Origin: Opitutales bacterium
GTDB taxonomy: Bacteria > Verrucomicrobiota > Verrucomicrobiia > Opitutales > PNEW01
Length of the DNA stretch: 32,000 nt
Assembly (NCBI GenBank): GCA_965219535.1
Contig: CBDCNV010000002.1
Span: 1,560,001 to 1,592,000 of the forward strand
Direction: 5' to 3'
Part shown: positions 9,799 through 18,702 of the stretch, piece after piece
Numbering within the stretch: the stretch's first letter is position 1
Layout of the letters: each line of letters opens with the position of its first letter
Notes under the pieces: model-generated
The model's input: the letters and a program-made list of their open reading frames with translations, nothing else
Told to the model about the DNA's origin: nothing
Database searches by the model: none
Translations under genes and position numbers: made by a program

Positions 9799-9819
9799 TA
9801 AAATCAAACAGGACTGAAA

Positions 9820-10602
9820 ATGGACGACTATACGCAATATAAAGAGAACTACGATCACAATGGATTTGTCGTAGTACGGAATTTTCTATCACCGGATGAA
9901 TACGAGCCATTGTTTTCGGTCCTCGAACGCTTCATCCGCGAGGTGGTACCTTCAATCCCAGACGAGGCCGCATTCTACCAGGACAAGTCACGACCTGAGA
10001 CGCTGAAGCAGATGCAGCACATGGCAAAATTTGAACCGTATTTCGAGGAGTATAGTCGACACCCAAAATGGAATGCACTGGCCAGTACCTTGATCGGCGA
10101 GGAAGCTCACACGACAGGCCCCGAGTGGTTTAACAAGCCGCCACAAACAGATCATCCCACACCCCCTCACCAGGATAACTTTTATTTTAAGCTCAACCCT
10201 CCAAATGTTGCTTCGGTCTGGATGGCAATCGATCCGGTCGACGAGGAGAATGGCTGTTTACACTACATTCCCGGCTCTCACCTGCGGGGTATTCGGCCGC
10301 ATGCACTGACAACCGTCCTTGGTTTTTCGCAGGGCATCACCGATTACAGCCCCAAAGATGAGGAGATGGAAGTGATGGTAGAAATGCAACCGGGTGATGC
10401 CGTTGTCCATCACGCAGAAATCATCCATCGCGCCGACCCGAACCAAACAGCAAGCCGACACCGTCGCGCTTTAGCCATGGTATACAACGGCGTGAGTTGT
10501 AAAGTCGACGAAGAGGCAAAGCAGTTACATATAGAAGAATTTAAAAACCAGCACCGTGAGATGGGACTTGATACGAAGACACCTGAAGCGAAAGTGAATT
10601 AA
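9820..10602 (+). CDS. PhyH family dioxygenase, tandem paralog 2
   Basis: ATG start. Colinear with paralog 1, with roughly four fifths of residues identical by eye. Same H-Q-D and distal His motifs. Confidence 0.8.
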   Translation: MDDYTQYKENYDHNGFVVVRNFLSPDEYEPLFSVLERFIREVVPSIPDEAAFYQDKSRPETLKQMQHMAKFEPYFEEYSRHPKWNALASTLIGEEAHTTGPEWFNKPPQTDHPTPPHQDNFYFKLNPPNVASVWMAIDPVDEENGCLHYIPGSHLRGIRPHALTTVLGFSQGITDYSPKDEEMEVMVEMQPGDAVVHHAEIIHRADPNQTASRHRRALAMVYNGVSCKVDEEAKQLHIEEFKNQHREMGLDTKTPEAKVN

Positions 10603-10609
10603 AGGATTA

Positions 10610-13186
10610 ATGGTCAAAAGGTCAAAAGGTCAAAAGGTCAAAAAGTCAAAAAGAGAAACATGGCCTGTCCTCACTGAATATGATCAAGAGCACTTAACGC
10701 GAATTGCCTTACCCCTGGGTGGTATCGGCACAGGAACTATTTCACTGGGGGGCCGTGGTGATCTGCGTGACTGGGAAATTGTCAACCGACCGGCGAAAGG
10801 GTACGTACCGAAAGAAACTTTTTTTGCAATCTACGTTGAAGGTGGCGGACATAGTCCGGTTGTTCGCGCTTTAGAAAGCGTTCTCGAGCCACACGAGTTA
10901 GAGGGCTTTGGTGGTTGTCTGACACCTAACCACCACTACCCGCGATTTCGAGCCGCATTGTTTCAGGCGGCGTATCCACTTGGGCGCGTGCAACTTTCCG
11001 ACCCCGAGGTCCCTGTCGATGTCGCGATTGAAGGATTCAATCCCTTTGTCGGTGCCGATGATTATGTCAGCGGTATTCCGACTGCGATTCTTCGCTTTGT
11101 AATCTCAAACAAAACCAATAGTCCCCTTAAAGTCTCCGTCTGTGGTAATATTAATAACTTTATTGGCCGGGATGGTGGCGAGGGTGCCCCCTCTAAGAAC
11201 TTCAACGAATTTAGAAAGTCGGAAGAAGTCCAGGGACTCCACATGTCTAGTAAAGGAGTTAATGAGAGTGCGGAAGGCTTCGGCACCATGGCATTGACGA
11301 CGACCGCGACAACGGGTGTGAGCCACCGCACCAACTGGGGCAATCGACCTAAAGGGCAGGACTCACGTCTAGGCTTCTGGGATGATTTCAGTGCTGATGG
11401 AACTTTAACGGAACAAACGGGAGGTAAATCGGATGACCCCACTGCATCTCTTTGCGTTAAGACGGAGGTTGGGCCGCACGGGAACGAGGACATTAGCTTT
11501 CTTATCACCTGGCATTTTCCTAATCGAATGACTTGGAGCCCAAGAGTGGATGCAGCCTCCGATACCAGCGAAGGAATTCAGTGCTGTGACACCGCTCACG
11601 ATAGGATCGGGAACTATTATACCACCCAGTACAAAGATGCCTGGGATGTAGCTCAAAAAACAGCCGCATCTTTAGATGATCTTGAAGCGAGGACGGTCGA
11701 ATTTGTGAGAACGTTCTGCGAAAGTGATCTTCCCCGGGTTGTGAAAGAAGCTGCCCTTTTTAATCTCAGTACCCTGCGCACGCAGACCTGTTTCCGCACT
11801 GATGATGGAATGTTTTACGGTTGGGAGGGCTGCCGTGACGATGAGGGTTGTTGCATAGGATCGTGCACCCACGTGTGGAATTATGAACAGGGAACGGCGT
11901 ATTTTTTTGGGGCGCTGGCATTCAAAATGCGCGAGGTCGAGTATCTCCATGCAACGGACGATCGAGGACTCATGTCATTCCGTGTTAATCTTCCTCTCGG
12001 AAATGCTCTCGATTGGGGGTATGCGGCTGCCGATGGCCAGATGGGCTGTATGATGAAACTCTATCGTGACTGGCAGCTATCGGGTGATGATGAGTCGCTG
12101 AGAAAGATGTGGCCTATGGCGCGTAAATCGCTGGAGTTCTGCTGGATTCCTGGAGGATGGGACGCGGACAAAGACGGTGTAATGGAAGGCTGTCAGCACA
12201 ATACGATGGACGTAGAGTATTACGGCCCTAATCCACAGATGGGGATTTGGTACCTCGGTGCCCTCAGGGCAGCTGAAGAGATGGCGAAGTATCTTGGAGA
12301 TGACTCATTCGCATCAATATGTTCCGATCTTTTCAATAGGGGAAGAGCGTGGCTCGACAATAACCTGTTCAATGGTGAGTACTATGAACACGAAATTCGT
12401 TCTCCGAAGGCGGGAGACACGATCGCCGAGGGTCTGCAGCATGTGACAACAATTTCTCCCGATGAAGAGCCTAAATATCAATTGGGGGCTGGTTGCCTTG
12501 TGGATCAGCTTGTCGGGCAATTATTAGCCCATGTTTGTGACTTGGGTTACCTGGTGGAGGAAAAAAATGTCAAGACAACCTTAAACAGTATATTAAATTA
12601 CAATTTCAAAGAAAACTTTTATGACCACTTCAACCCAAACCGTAGTTATGTTTTAAACGACGAGAGTGCCCTGTTAATGGCATCCTTTCCAAGAGGTCGC
12701 AGACCGGTAATTCCTTTTCCCTATTTCGGTGAGGTCATGACTGGCTTTGAGTATACCGCTGCCATCGGCATGCTCTATGAAGGAAAAATCGAAGAGGGGC
12801 TGAAATGCATACAGGCAATACGCGACCGCTATGATGGAAGAAAGAGAAATCCGTTCGATGAGGCTGAATGCGGTCATCACTATGCCCGGGCTATGGCTGC
12901 ATGGGCGGCGGTCCTCGCCCTGACAGGATTCCATTATTCGGGAGTAGAAAAATCGATGACCTTTACCGCGAAAGACGGAGTCCATTTCTGGTCTAACGGG
13001 TACGCCTGGGGAACCTGTGAACAGAGGTATGAAAATGGCGGTGTCGATGTTGGACTCACGGTTAAGCATGGAGACTTAAGCTTGAGCCGCTTTACACTGA
13101 AAGAATACGGTGAGGTTACATTTGACACGCCGCAAAAAATCCATGCAAAGGAAAGTGTCTCTTGGCTTATAGAAAAGACGAGGTAA
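10610..13186 (+). CDS. GH116-family glycoside hydrolase (GBA2 / bacterial DUF608 type)
   Basis: N-terminal domain signature 'ALPLGGIGTGTISLGGRGDLRDWEIVNRP'. Catalytic-domain block 'WEGCRDDEGCCIGSCTHVWNYEQ'. AAGGA lies upstream of the ATG. Confidence 0.8.
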   Translation: MVKRSKGQKVKKSKRETWPVLTEYDQEHLTRIALPLGGIGTGTISLGGRGDLRDWEIVNRPAKGYVPKETFFAIYVEGGGHSPVVRALESVLEPHELEGFGGCLTPNHHYPRFRAALFQAAYPLGRVQLSDPEVPVDVAIEGFNPFVGADDYVSGIPTAILRFVISNKTNSPLKVSVCGNINNFIGRDGGEGAPSKNFNEFRKSEEVQGLHMSSKGVNESAEGFGTMALTTTATTGVSHRTNWGNRPKGQDSRLGFWDDFSADGTLTEQTGGKSDDPTASLCVKTEVGPHGNEDISFLITWHFPNRMTWSPRVDAASDTSEGIQCCDTAHDRIGNYYTTQYKDAWDVAQKTAASLDDLEARTVEFVRTFCESDLPRVVKEAALFNLSTLRTQTCFRTDDGMFYGWEGCRDDEGCCIGSCTHVWNYEQGTAYFFGALAFKMREVEYLHATDDRGLMSFRVNLPLGNALDWGYAAADGQMGCMMKLYRDWQLSGDDESLRKMWPMARKSLEFCWIPGGWDADKDGVMEGCQHNTMDVEYYGPNPQMGIWYLGALRAAEEMAKYLGDDSFASICSDLFNRGRAWLDNNLFNGEYYEHEIRSPKAGDTIAEGLQHVTTISPDEEPKYQLGAGCLVDQLVGQLLAHVCDLGYLVEEKNVKTTLNSILNYNFKENFYDHFNPNRSYVLNDESALLMASFPRGRRPVIPFPYFGEVMTGFEYTAAIGMLYEGKIEEGLKCIQAIRDRYDGRKRNPFDEAECGHHYARAMAAWAAVLALTGFHYSGVEKSMTFTAKDGVHFWSNGYAWGTCEQRYENGGVDVGLTVKHGDLSLSRFTLKEYGEVTFDTPQKIHAKESVSWLIEKTR
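10613..10652 (+). repeat. five tandem copies of the octamer GTCAAAAG/A inside codons 2-15 of the GH116 gene
   Basis: 3 x GTCAAAAG followed by 2 x GTCAAAAA, starting directly after the ATG. Confidence 0.95.
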
Positions 13187-13208
13187 ATGAGGTAAGCACA
13201 AAGCTATA

Positions 13209-14084
13209 ATGAAAAGCATAACTACCGAAAAGCGTGAGCAATTAAATAAAGACGGATATTATGTGTTCGAAAATATCATCGAACCAAAGTTTTTGGATCA
13301 GTTAAGAGAGCTTACTGATAATATCCTAGCCAAGCAGGACAAATCCCATTTCGAGGAGCAAATATCGACCGGCAGTATGGTCATGATCGATTGGGAAATG
13401 GCCTACGAACACAATGTCATGGCTGAATTCATCTCCCATCCGAGGATGCTCGCAGCGATGGCTGAACTTGGTTTCAATGAACCTAAATTCGGTCATGGAC
13501 GCATAATCAGCAAACCGCCTCACAGCCCCCAGCTTTACTGGCATGAAGATGGTCGATTCTGGGATGATCCGGTGAGTTACACCACACAGCCCATACAGTG
13601 TTTTCTAATGGTCTACCTGACCGACACGACACCACAGAACGGTTGTTTAAGAGTGATTCCCGGTTCGCATTTGAAACGCCACCCGTTGCATGATCAGGTC
13701 TCCCCAAAATCTACTGTAGAGCTACGTACTTATAGCAATCCAGAAGACAAAGCCTTCCAGCGTGTAATGGGAGAGATCGATGTGCCGATGAAGGCTGGTG
13801 ACCTGGTGATGGGATACGGTACCCTGTTTCACGCCGCACATGGCAATCAGAGCAATCAGCACCGGACGGTGCTCACGATGTGGTATTATCCAGACTTCGT
13901 CAATTTACCTGAGAACTCACAGGCCACAGTTGCCCATGTAGAATCCACGGGGGCCTTAAATCAAGATGTCGCGGGATCATCGCACGAAAAGGCGCGGACT
14001 TTGATGGAACCTCTGAGGATCAACTATGCAGGAGATGCTGAACTCATCCCGATACAGTGGGTTCCGGGAGCGGCTCTTAAGTAG
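13209..14084 (+). CDS. PhyH family dioxygenase
   Basis: 'KDGYYVFENII', H-x-D in 'YWHEDGRFW', 'VIPGSH' and distal 'LFHAAHGNQSN'. Confidence 0.8.
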   Translation: MKSITTEKREQLNKDGYYVFENIIEPKFLDQLRELTDNILAKQDKSHFEEQISTGSMVMIDWEMAYEHNVMAEFISHPRMLAAMAELGFNEPKFGHGRIISKPPHSPQLYWHEDGRFWDDPVSYTTQPIQCFLMVYLTDTTPQNGCLRVIPGSHLKRHPLHDQVSPKSTVELRTYSNPEDKAFQRVMGEIDVPMKAGDLVMGYGTLFHAAHGNQSNQHRTVLTMWYYPDFVNLPENSQATVAHVESTGALNQDVAGSSHEKARTLMEPLRINYAGDAELIPIQWVPGAALK

Positions 14085-14129
14085 GTAAGAACCATAAGTT
14101 TTGATTACAGATTGGCTTCTATTGACCTC

Positions 14130-14948
14130 ATGGTTTCAGATCTCGACATTTATCTCTTTGATCTTCGCGGTTACCTCGTTCTGGAGAGAGCTATTGAACC
14201 AGATCATGTGAAGGAATTGAACGCGATTCTCGATGAGATGCCGCATCTCAAACCTGATGAATGGCACGGTTACATTCATGGAGGTGTTCTCGATATCCCG
14301 ACAGTGGGGACCACCCTGTATCAGATCTATGAAGCAGGTGAACCTTTCGAACGACTCATCGACAGTCCTTCCTGGATAGAACATGTGAAGACCTTTGTTG
14401 GCGGTCAGAATTCTTTCGACTCTCAACACGGGCCACTATTTATTGACGAAAATTTCGTCATCATACGGGGACCGGGCGAAGCGGCAGGTCTGCATGGCAG
14501 TTGCATTCCCTGGTCCAAGCGAACGCAGTTTCATGTCCAAAACCAGGAATTCAACTGCGGGATGATTAACATCATCATGGCCCTTTCCGATATTGGCCCC
14601 GATAATGGTCCGACGATGGTGATACCAGGCAGCCACAAATCAAATTTCCGCAATCCGGATTTTGAACCGGAAAAGATTAAAGCCAGGAATAAAGCTGCGG
14701 ATAGCGCCACTGGTGCGATTGAAGTTCATCTGAAAGCCGGTGACGCACTTCTATTCGTCGATTGTCTCAACCACGGGGCTAAGCGTATGATTTCCGGTGA
14801 ACGTCGCACCGTTATTTATCGTTACGGACCTTCCTGGGGATTTTTTCGAGACAGTTACCGACCTTCAAAGGAGCTTCTCACTCGGCTTACTCCCGAACGG
14901 AGAAAAATTGTCTGGCCGCATGGTAAGATTGAGAATAGCCCGTATTGA
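14130..14948 (+). CDS. PhyH-like protein with H-G-S in place of H-x-D
   Basis: 'FDLRGYLVLERAI', 'AAGLHGSC' (His codon at 14493-14495), 'MVIPGSHKSNF' and distal 'CLNHGAKR'. ATG 14130 is preferred over TTG 14112 by alignment with the paralog at 26567. Confidence 0.7.
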   Translation: MVSDLDIYLFDLRGYLVLERAIEPDHVKELNAILDEMPHLKPDEWHGYIHGGVLDIPTVGTTLYQIYEAGEPFERLIDSPSWIEHVKTFVGGQNSFDSQHGPLFIDENFVIIRGPGEAAGLHGSCIPWSKRTQFHVQNQEFNCGMINIIMALSDIGPDNGPTMVIPGSHKSNFRNPDFEPEKIKARNKAADSATGAIEVHLKAGDALLFVDCLNHGAKRMISGERRTVIYRYGPSWGFFRDSYRPSKELLTRLTPERRKIVWPHGKIENSPY

Positions 14949-15064
14949 ATATTGTCATAAATCAATCTACAACTGGAATTTATTAAGTTTTGCGTTTTTT
15001 TCTAAACCGGTGGACTATCCTTTGACGCTGATCATGCGTTGCATTTTTTTTAATAATTAAATTT

Positions 15065-15799
15065 GGGTCATGCCTAGAACAGAGGGTATCTTAAGCACAT
15101 ATTAAGGATGTTACGATGGAGGTTTTGATGACGATGGTTAAAGCGATATTCAGTTTCTTTGAGGTGCAGTTGGAAGGTCCTACGAGAAAGACCTTTGAAC
15201 TTAGCCAATCGAAGTTTAGCAAAAGCCCAAAAAGATTCAATCCCGTTAATGTGGGAGTGTCCCTGGGCAAACTCGTTGTCGTTGTGATTGACACGGTAAT
15301 GCTTCTTATAGCCCAGATCCACGAGGCCGTTGTAAGCACGCCACCCGTCAGAATAAAGCACACTGTCAAAAGTAACTCTCCCTTGGATCACCGCATGCAG
15401 AGCGGCTCTGGAGACGTTGCGTACAACCTGGGTATAGACTTTCCCATTACGCTTGAGCAACCCGAAGACGGGCACTTTCTTGAATGCACCCCGACCTCTT
15501 TGCCCTGGAATTCTTTTGCCTCCAAAGTAGGACTCATCCATTTCCACCGACCCCCTAAAAGGCGAGGCCTGCGCACATTGCTGCAACAAACGCTCCCGCA
15601 ACAAGCGCAAATAACGGTTGACCGTGTTACGATTCAATCCTGTCAATTGGGTTATCTTCAACGCTTCCATATCCAAGCTAAAACACTTTACTAACTGCCG
15701 AAATTTGGCCTCAGAAATTTTTGAACGATGTACATACTTATTTCTCATTTGTCTAGAATAGCTTACACATCTGATATGTGTCTATTCTAGGCATGACCC
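15065..15799 (-). mobile_element. IS1595-family (IS1016-like) insertion sequence, 735 bp
   Basis: Terminal inverted repeats GGGTCATGCCTAGAA(C/T)AGA, with the first 15 bp perfect. Flanked by the 8-bp direct repeat TTAAATTT (15057-15064 and 15800-15807). Confidence 0.9.
15074..15748 (-). CDS. IS1595/ISXO2-like DDE transposase
   Basis: 'VEMDESYFGGKR', 'SDGWRAYN' and 'HINGIESFW' motifs. The stop codon lies inside the left inverted repeat. Confidence 0.85.
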   Translation of the reverse strand: MRNKYVHRSKISEAKFRQLVKCFSLDMEALKITQLTGLNRNTVNRYLRLLRERLLQQCAQASPFRGSVEMDESYFGGKRIPGQRGRGAFKKVPVFGLLKRNGKVYTQVVRNVSRAALHAVIQGRVTFDSVLYSDGWRAYNGLVDLGYKKHYRVNHNDNEFAQGHSHINGIESFWAFAKLRLAKFKGLSRRTFQLHLKETEYRFNHRHQNLHRNILNMCLRYPLF

Positions 15800-15826
15800 T
15801 TAAATTTTAATGAAGAAGTAAGTATC

Positions 15827-16408
15827 ATGAGCTTTACATTAGAGATAGGTGAATCTGCACTGAATTTTAAATTACCGGCCACTGATGGGAATACATATCA
15901 GTTATCGGATTATAGTGATGCGAAAGTAATAGTAATCTTTTTTACCTGTAACCATTGTCCGTTCGTTACGGGATCCGATGAAGTAACACGAGAGACGGCG
16001 ACAAAGTTTATCGATCAAGGAGTTAAATTTGTCGGGATAAGCTCTAACAGTATAACAACCTACCCGGAAGATGATTTTGATCACATGGTTTCAAGAATGA
16101 ATGAGCACCAATTCCCTTGGACGTACCTGTTTGATGAGTCACAAGACGTCGCCAGGGCGTATGGTGCATTAAGGACCCCTCACTTCTACGTGTTTGATGG
16201 GGATAGAAAATTAATTTATACCGGTAGGGCAGTAGACAATCCGAAAGACACGGATAAGATGACCGTGAATGATCTCGACAATGCATTGTCGGAACATTTA
16301 TCCGGTCAGGCGATTAGTAATCCTGTTACCAATCCCATTGGATGTAACGTCAAATGGACGGGTAAAGATGCCCACTGGATGCCAGCTGAAGCCTGTGATC
16401 TAGTATGA
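15827..16408 (+). CDS. thioredoxin-fold / peroxiredoxin-like protein
   Basis: '[14 protein letters not shown]' (CxxC) in an AhpC/TSA-like context. Confidence 0.7.
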   Translation: MSFTLEIGESALNFKLPATDGNTYQLSDYSDAKVIVIFFTCNHCPFVTGSDEVTRETATKFIDQGVKFVGISSNSITTYPEDDFDHMVSRMNEHQFPWTYLFDESQDVARAYGALRTPHFYVFDGDRKLIYTGRAVDNPKDTDKMTVNDLDNALSEHLSGQAISNPVTNPIGCNVKWTGKDAHWMPAEACDLV

Positions 16409-16409
16409 A

Positions 16410-16435
16410 ATTACCAGCTTGAGATAGCTGGTAAT
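16410..16435 (+). terminator. perfect 10-bp hairpin directly after the stop codon (no U-tract)
   Basis: ATTACCAGCT-tgagat-AGCTGGTAAT. Confidence 0.4.
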
Positions 16436-16475
16436 CATCCATCTGACCGGGACAATCGTAATATTGACATAAGCT

Positions 16476-17570
16476 ATGGATATTAAATGCGGAATCGTTG
16501 GTTTACCTAATGTTGGTAAATCAACTTTGTTTAATGCCCTGACTAAAGTAGGGATTGGTGCCGAAAATTATCCGTTTTGTACGATAGACCCTAATGTTGG
16601 GGTTGTTCCTGTTCCGGAACCACGTTTGCAAAAGATAGTCGATATTGTAAAACCCGAGCAAAGCATTCCGGCCCACATGGAATTTGTCGATATCGCAGGC
16701 CTAGTAGCAGGGGCTTCAAAAGGAGAGGGTCTTGGCAACCAGTTTCTATCACATATCCGTGAAACACATGCCATAGTCCAGATAGTGCGATGTTTTGAAA
16801 ATGAAAATATTGTCCATGTAACGGGTAAGATAGATCCTTTGTCAGACATTGATGTCATCAATACAGAACTTTGTCTGGCAGACCAGGAATCATTGGATCG
16901 CGCTTCTTTAAAATTAAATAAATTGAAGAAGGCGATAAATAATAAGGAAGCGCTTAAGAAACTGGAATTAATCGAACGAATTTCTGAAGTAGTTAATGCG
17001 GGTAAACCGGTTCGTAGCATGGAACTGAACCCTGAAGAAAGTGAGAGGATAAGGGATCTGCATCTATTAACTGATAAACCTGCCCTTTATATTGCCAACG
17101 TCGATGAGCAGGGCCTGTCTGGTAATAGTTGGATTGAAAAAATAACTGAACTGGCAGAAGAGGAAGAGACGATTGTTATCCCTGTATGTGCGGCTATTGA
17201 AGAAGAAATTGCTCTATTGGAAGAGAGTGACAAAAAAGAATTTCTAGCAGATCTTGGATTAGAGGAACCGGGATTAATCCGGATAATTCGCGCCAGTTAC
17301 CAATTATTGGGCTTACAAACATTTTTTACTGCGGCTCCGAATGAAGCCCGTGCATGGACGATCCAAAAAGGTGATACCGCACCGAAAGCTGCCGGTACCG
17401 TTCATACGGATTTTGAAAAGGGATTCATTCGTGCCGAAGTTATCGCCTTTGATGATTTTATTGCCTGTAACGGTGAACAGGGGGCGAAGGATGCCGGTAA
17501 GTGGCGATTGGAAGGGAAAGACTATCTTCCACATGATGGTGATGTGATACTTTTCCGATTTAACGTTTGA
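16476..17570 (+). CDS. ychF: ribosome-binding ATPase YchF
   Basis: 'GIVGLPNVGKSTLFNALT' and 'DIAGLV'. The C-terminal block 'AWTIQKGDTAPKAAGTVHTDFEKGFIRAEV' is characteristic of YchF/OLA1. Confidence 0.9.
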   Translation: MDIKCGIVGLPNVGKSTLFNALTKVGIGAENYPFCTIDPNVGVVPVPEPRLQKIVDIVKPEQSIPAHMEFVDIAGLVAGASKGEGLGNQFLSHIRETHAIVQIVRCFENENIVHVTGKIDPLSDIDVINTELCLADQESLDRASLKLNKLKKAINNKEALKKLELIERISEVVNAGKPVRSMELNPEESERIRDLHLLTDKPALYIANVDEQGLSGNSWIEKITELAEEEETIVIPVCAAIEEEIALLEESDKKEFLADLGLEEPGLIRIIRASYQLLGLQTFFTAAPNEARAWTIQKGDTAPKAAGTVHTDFEKGFIRAEVIAFDDFIACNGEQGAKDAGKWRLEGKDYLPHDGDVILFRFNV

Positions 17571-17732
17571 ATAAAAGCGCACTTATTTTCACAAGTAGTG
17601 CCTTGTGTGCTGGCTACAAAAGAGCTGAGATTTCCAAATGGGAAAATAACTTGCCTACCCATTCATCCCATGAATTATAACCATTCTTCAAAATAAATTT
17701 CCAATATATCTTATTATAATCTCTATCCTGAT

Positions 17733-18662
17733 ATGAAAAAATCCTATGAAGCGCTCGAGTCTCTCAACCTGCCATCAGCGGACCTTTTAGTCGAGTCGAG
17801 TGTTAGTTTTAAGGACGGTGGCCAATACCGTATAGAAATACCAAGTACCGAAGGTCCTGAAGCTTTCAAAATCGTCCTCGAAGAAGCCGATAAGCTGAAT
17901 TGTCCAGTCCACCGGATCAGTCAGGGAAGCGGCATCCAGATGCTGAGCGACGACCAGATCGCCGAGATGTCACGCATAGGTGCAGACCGCAATATAGAGG
18001 TCTGCCTCTTTACCACACCAAGAGCAAATTTCGATATAGGTGGTTTCTGGAGTGCGCCTGTCGGCCCCATGATTCAATGGCAAGTCCGAGGAGCGGACCA
18101 GTTGCGCTACTCAATGGATGATATATTTCGGGCCTGCGTTTTGGGTATACGCAGTGTATTAATTGCCGATGTTGGGTTGATTCATATGGTGAAACAGTTG
18201 CGCGACACGGAAAAACTGCCGAGCGATTTAATAATAAAATCTTCCGCGGTATTGGTCCCGGCTAATCCGGCCTATGCCCGGCTCCTTGAAGATATCGGAT
18301 CAGACACAATAAACGTTTCCACCGATTTAACGACCAGTCAGCTGAGTGCAATCAGGCAAGCGATCACGGTTCCCCTGGATATTTATATCGAAGCACCCGA
18401 CGGATTGGGTGGATTTGTCCGCCACTTCGAAACCCCAGAGATGATTCAGTTTGCCGCCCCTATCTATGTAAAGCTTGGGTTGCGCAACTCAACTGATATT
18501 TATCCTTATGGCGAGCAATTGAAAGTCGTGGCACATAATTTGAGTCGTGAGCGCGTGCGACGCAGCAAATTAGTATACGACCTCATTCAGCGAGAAATTC
18601 CTCAGGCCAAGATGTCTGAAGTGGGTGTCAATCACGAGGACCTTGGAGTTCCCGTTCTTTAG
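17733..18662 (+). CDS. hypothetical protein (309 aa), family not recognised
   Basis: Long ORF with an ATG start and coding-like composition. It lies directly upstream of the aldehyde dehydrogenase gene on the same strand. Confidence 0.5.
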   Translation: MKKSYEALESLNLPSADLLVESSVSFKDGGQYRIEIPSTEGPEAFKIVLEEADKLNCPVHRISQGSGIQMLSDDQIAEMSRIGADRNIEVCLFTTPRANFDIGGFWSAPVGPMIQWQVRGADQLRYSMDDIFRACVLGIRSVLIADVGLIHMVKQLRDTEKLPSDLIIKSSAVLVPANPAYARLLEDIGSDTINVSTDLTTSQLSAIRQAITVPLDIYIEAPDGLGGFVRHFETPEMIQFAAPIYVKLGLRNSTDIYPYGEQLKVVAHNLSRERVRRSKLVYDLIQREIPQAKMSEVGVNHEDLGVPVL

Positions 18663-18702
18663 TTAATTTAACGACTCATCTCTAACTCAAGCAAACGCAT
18701 TA

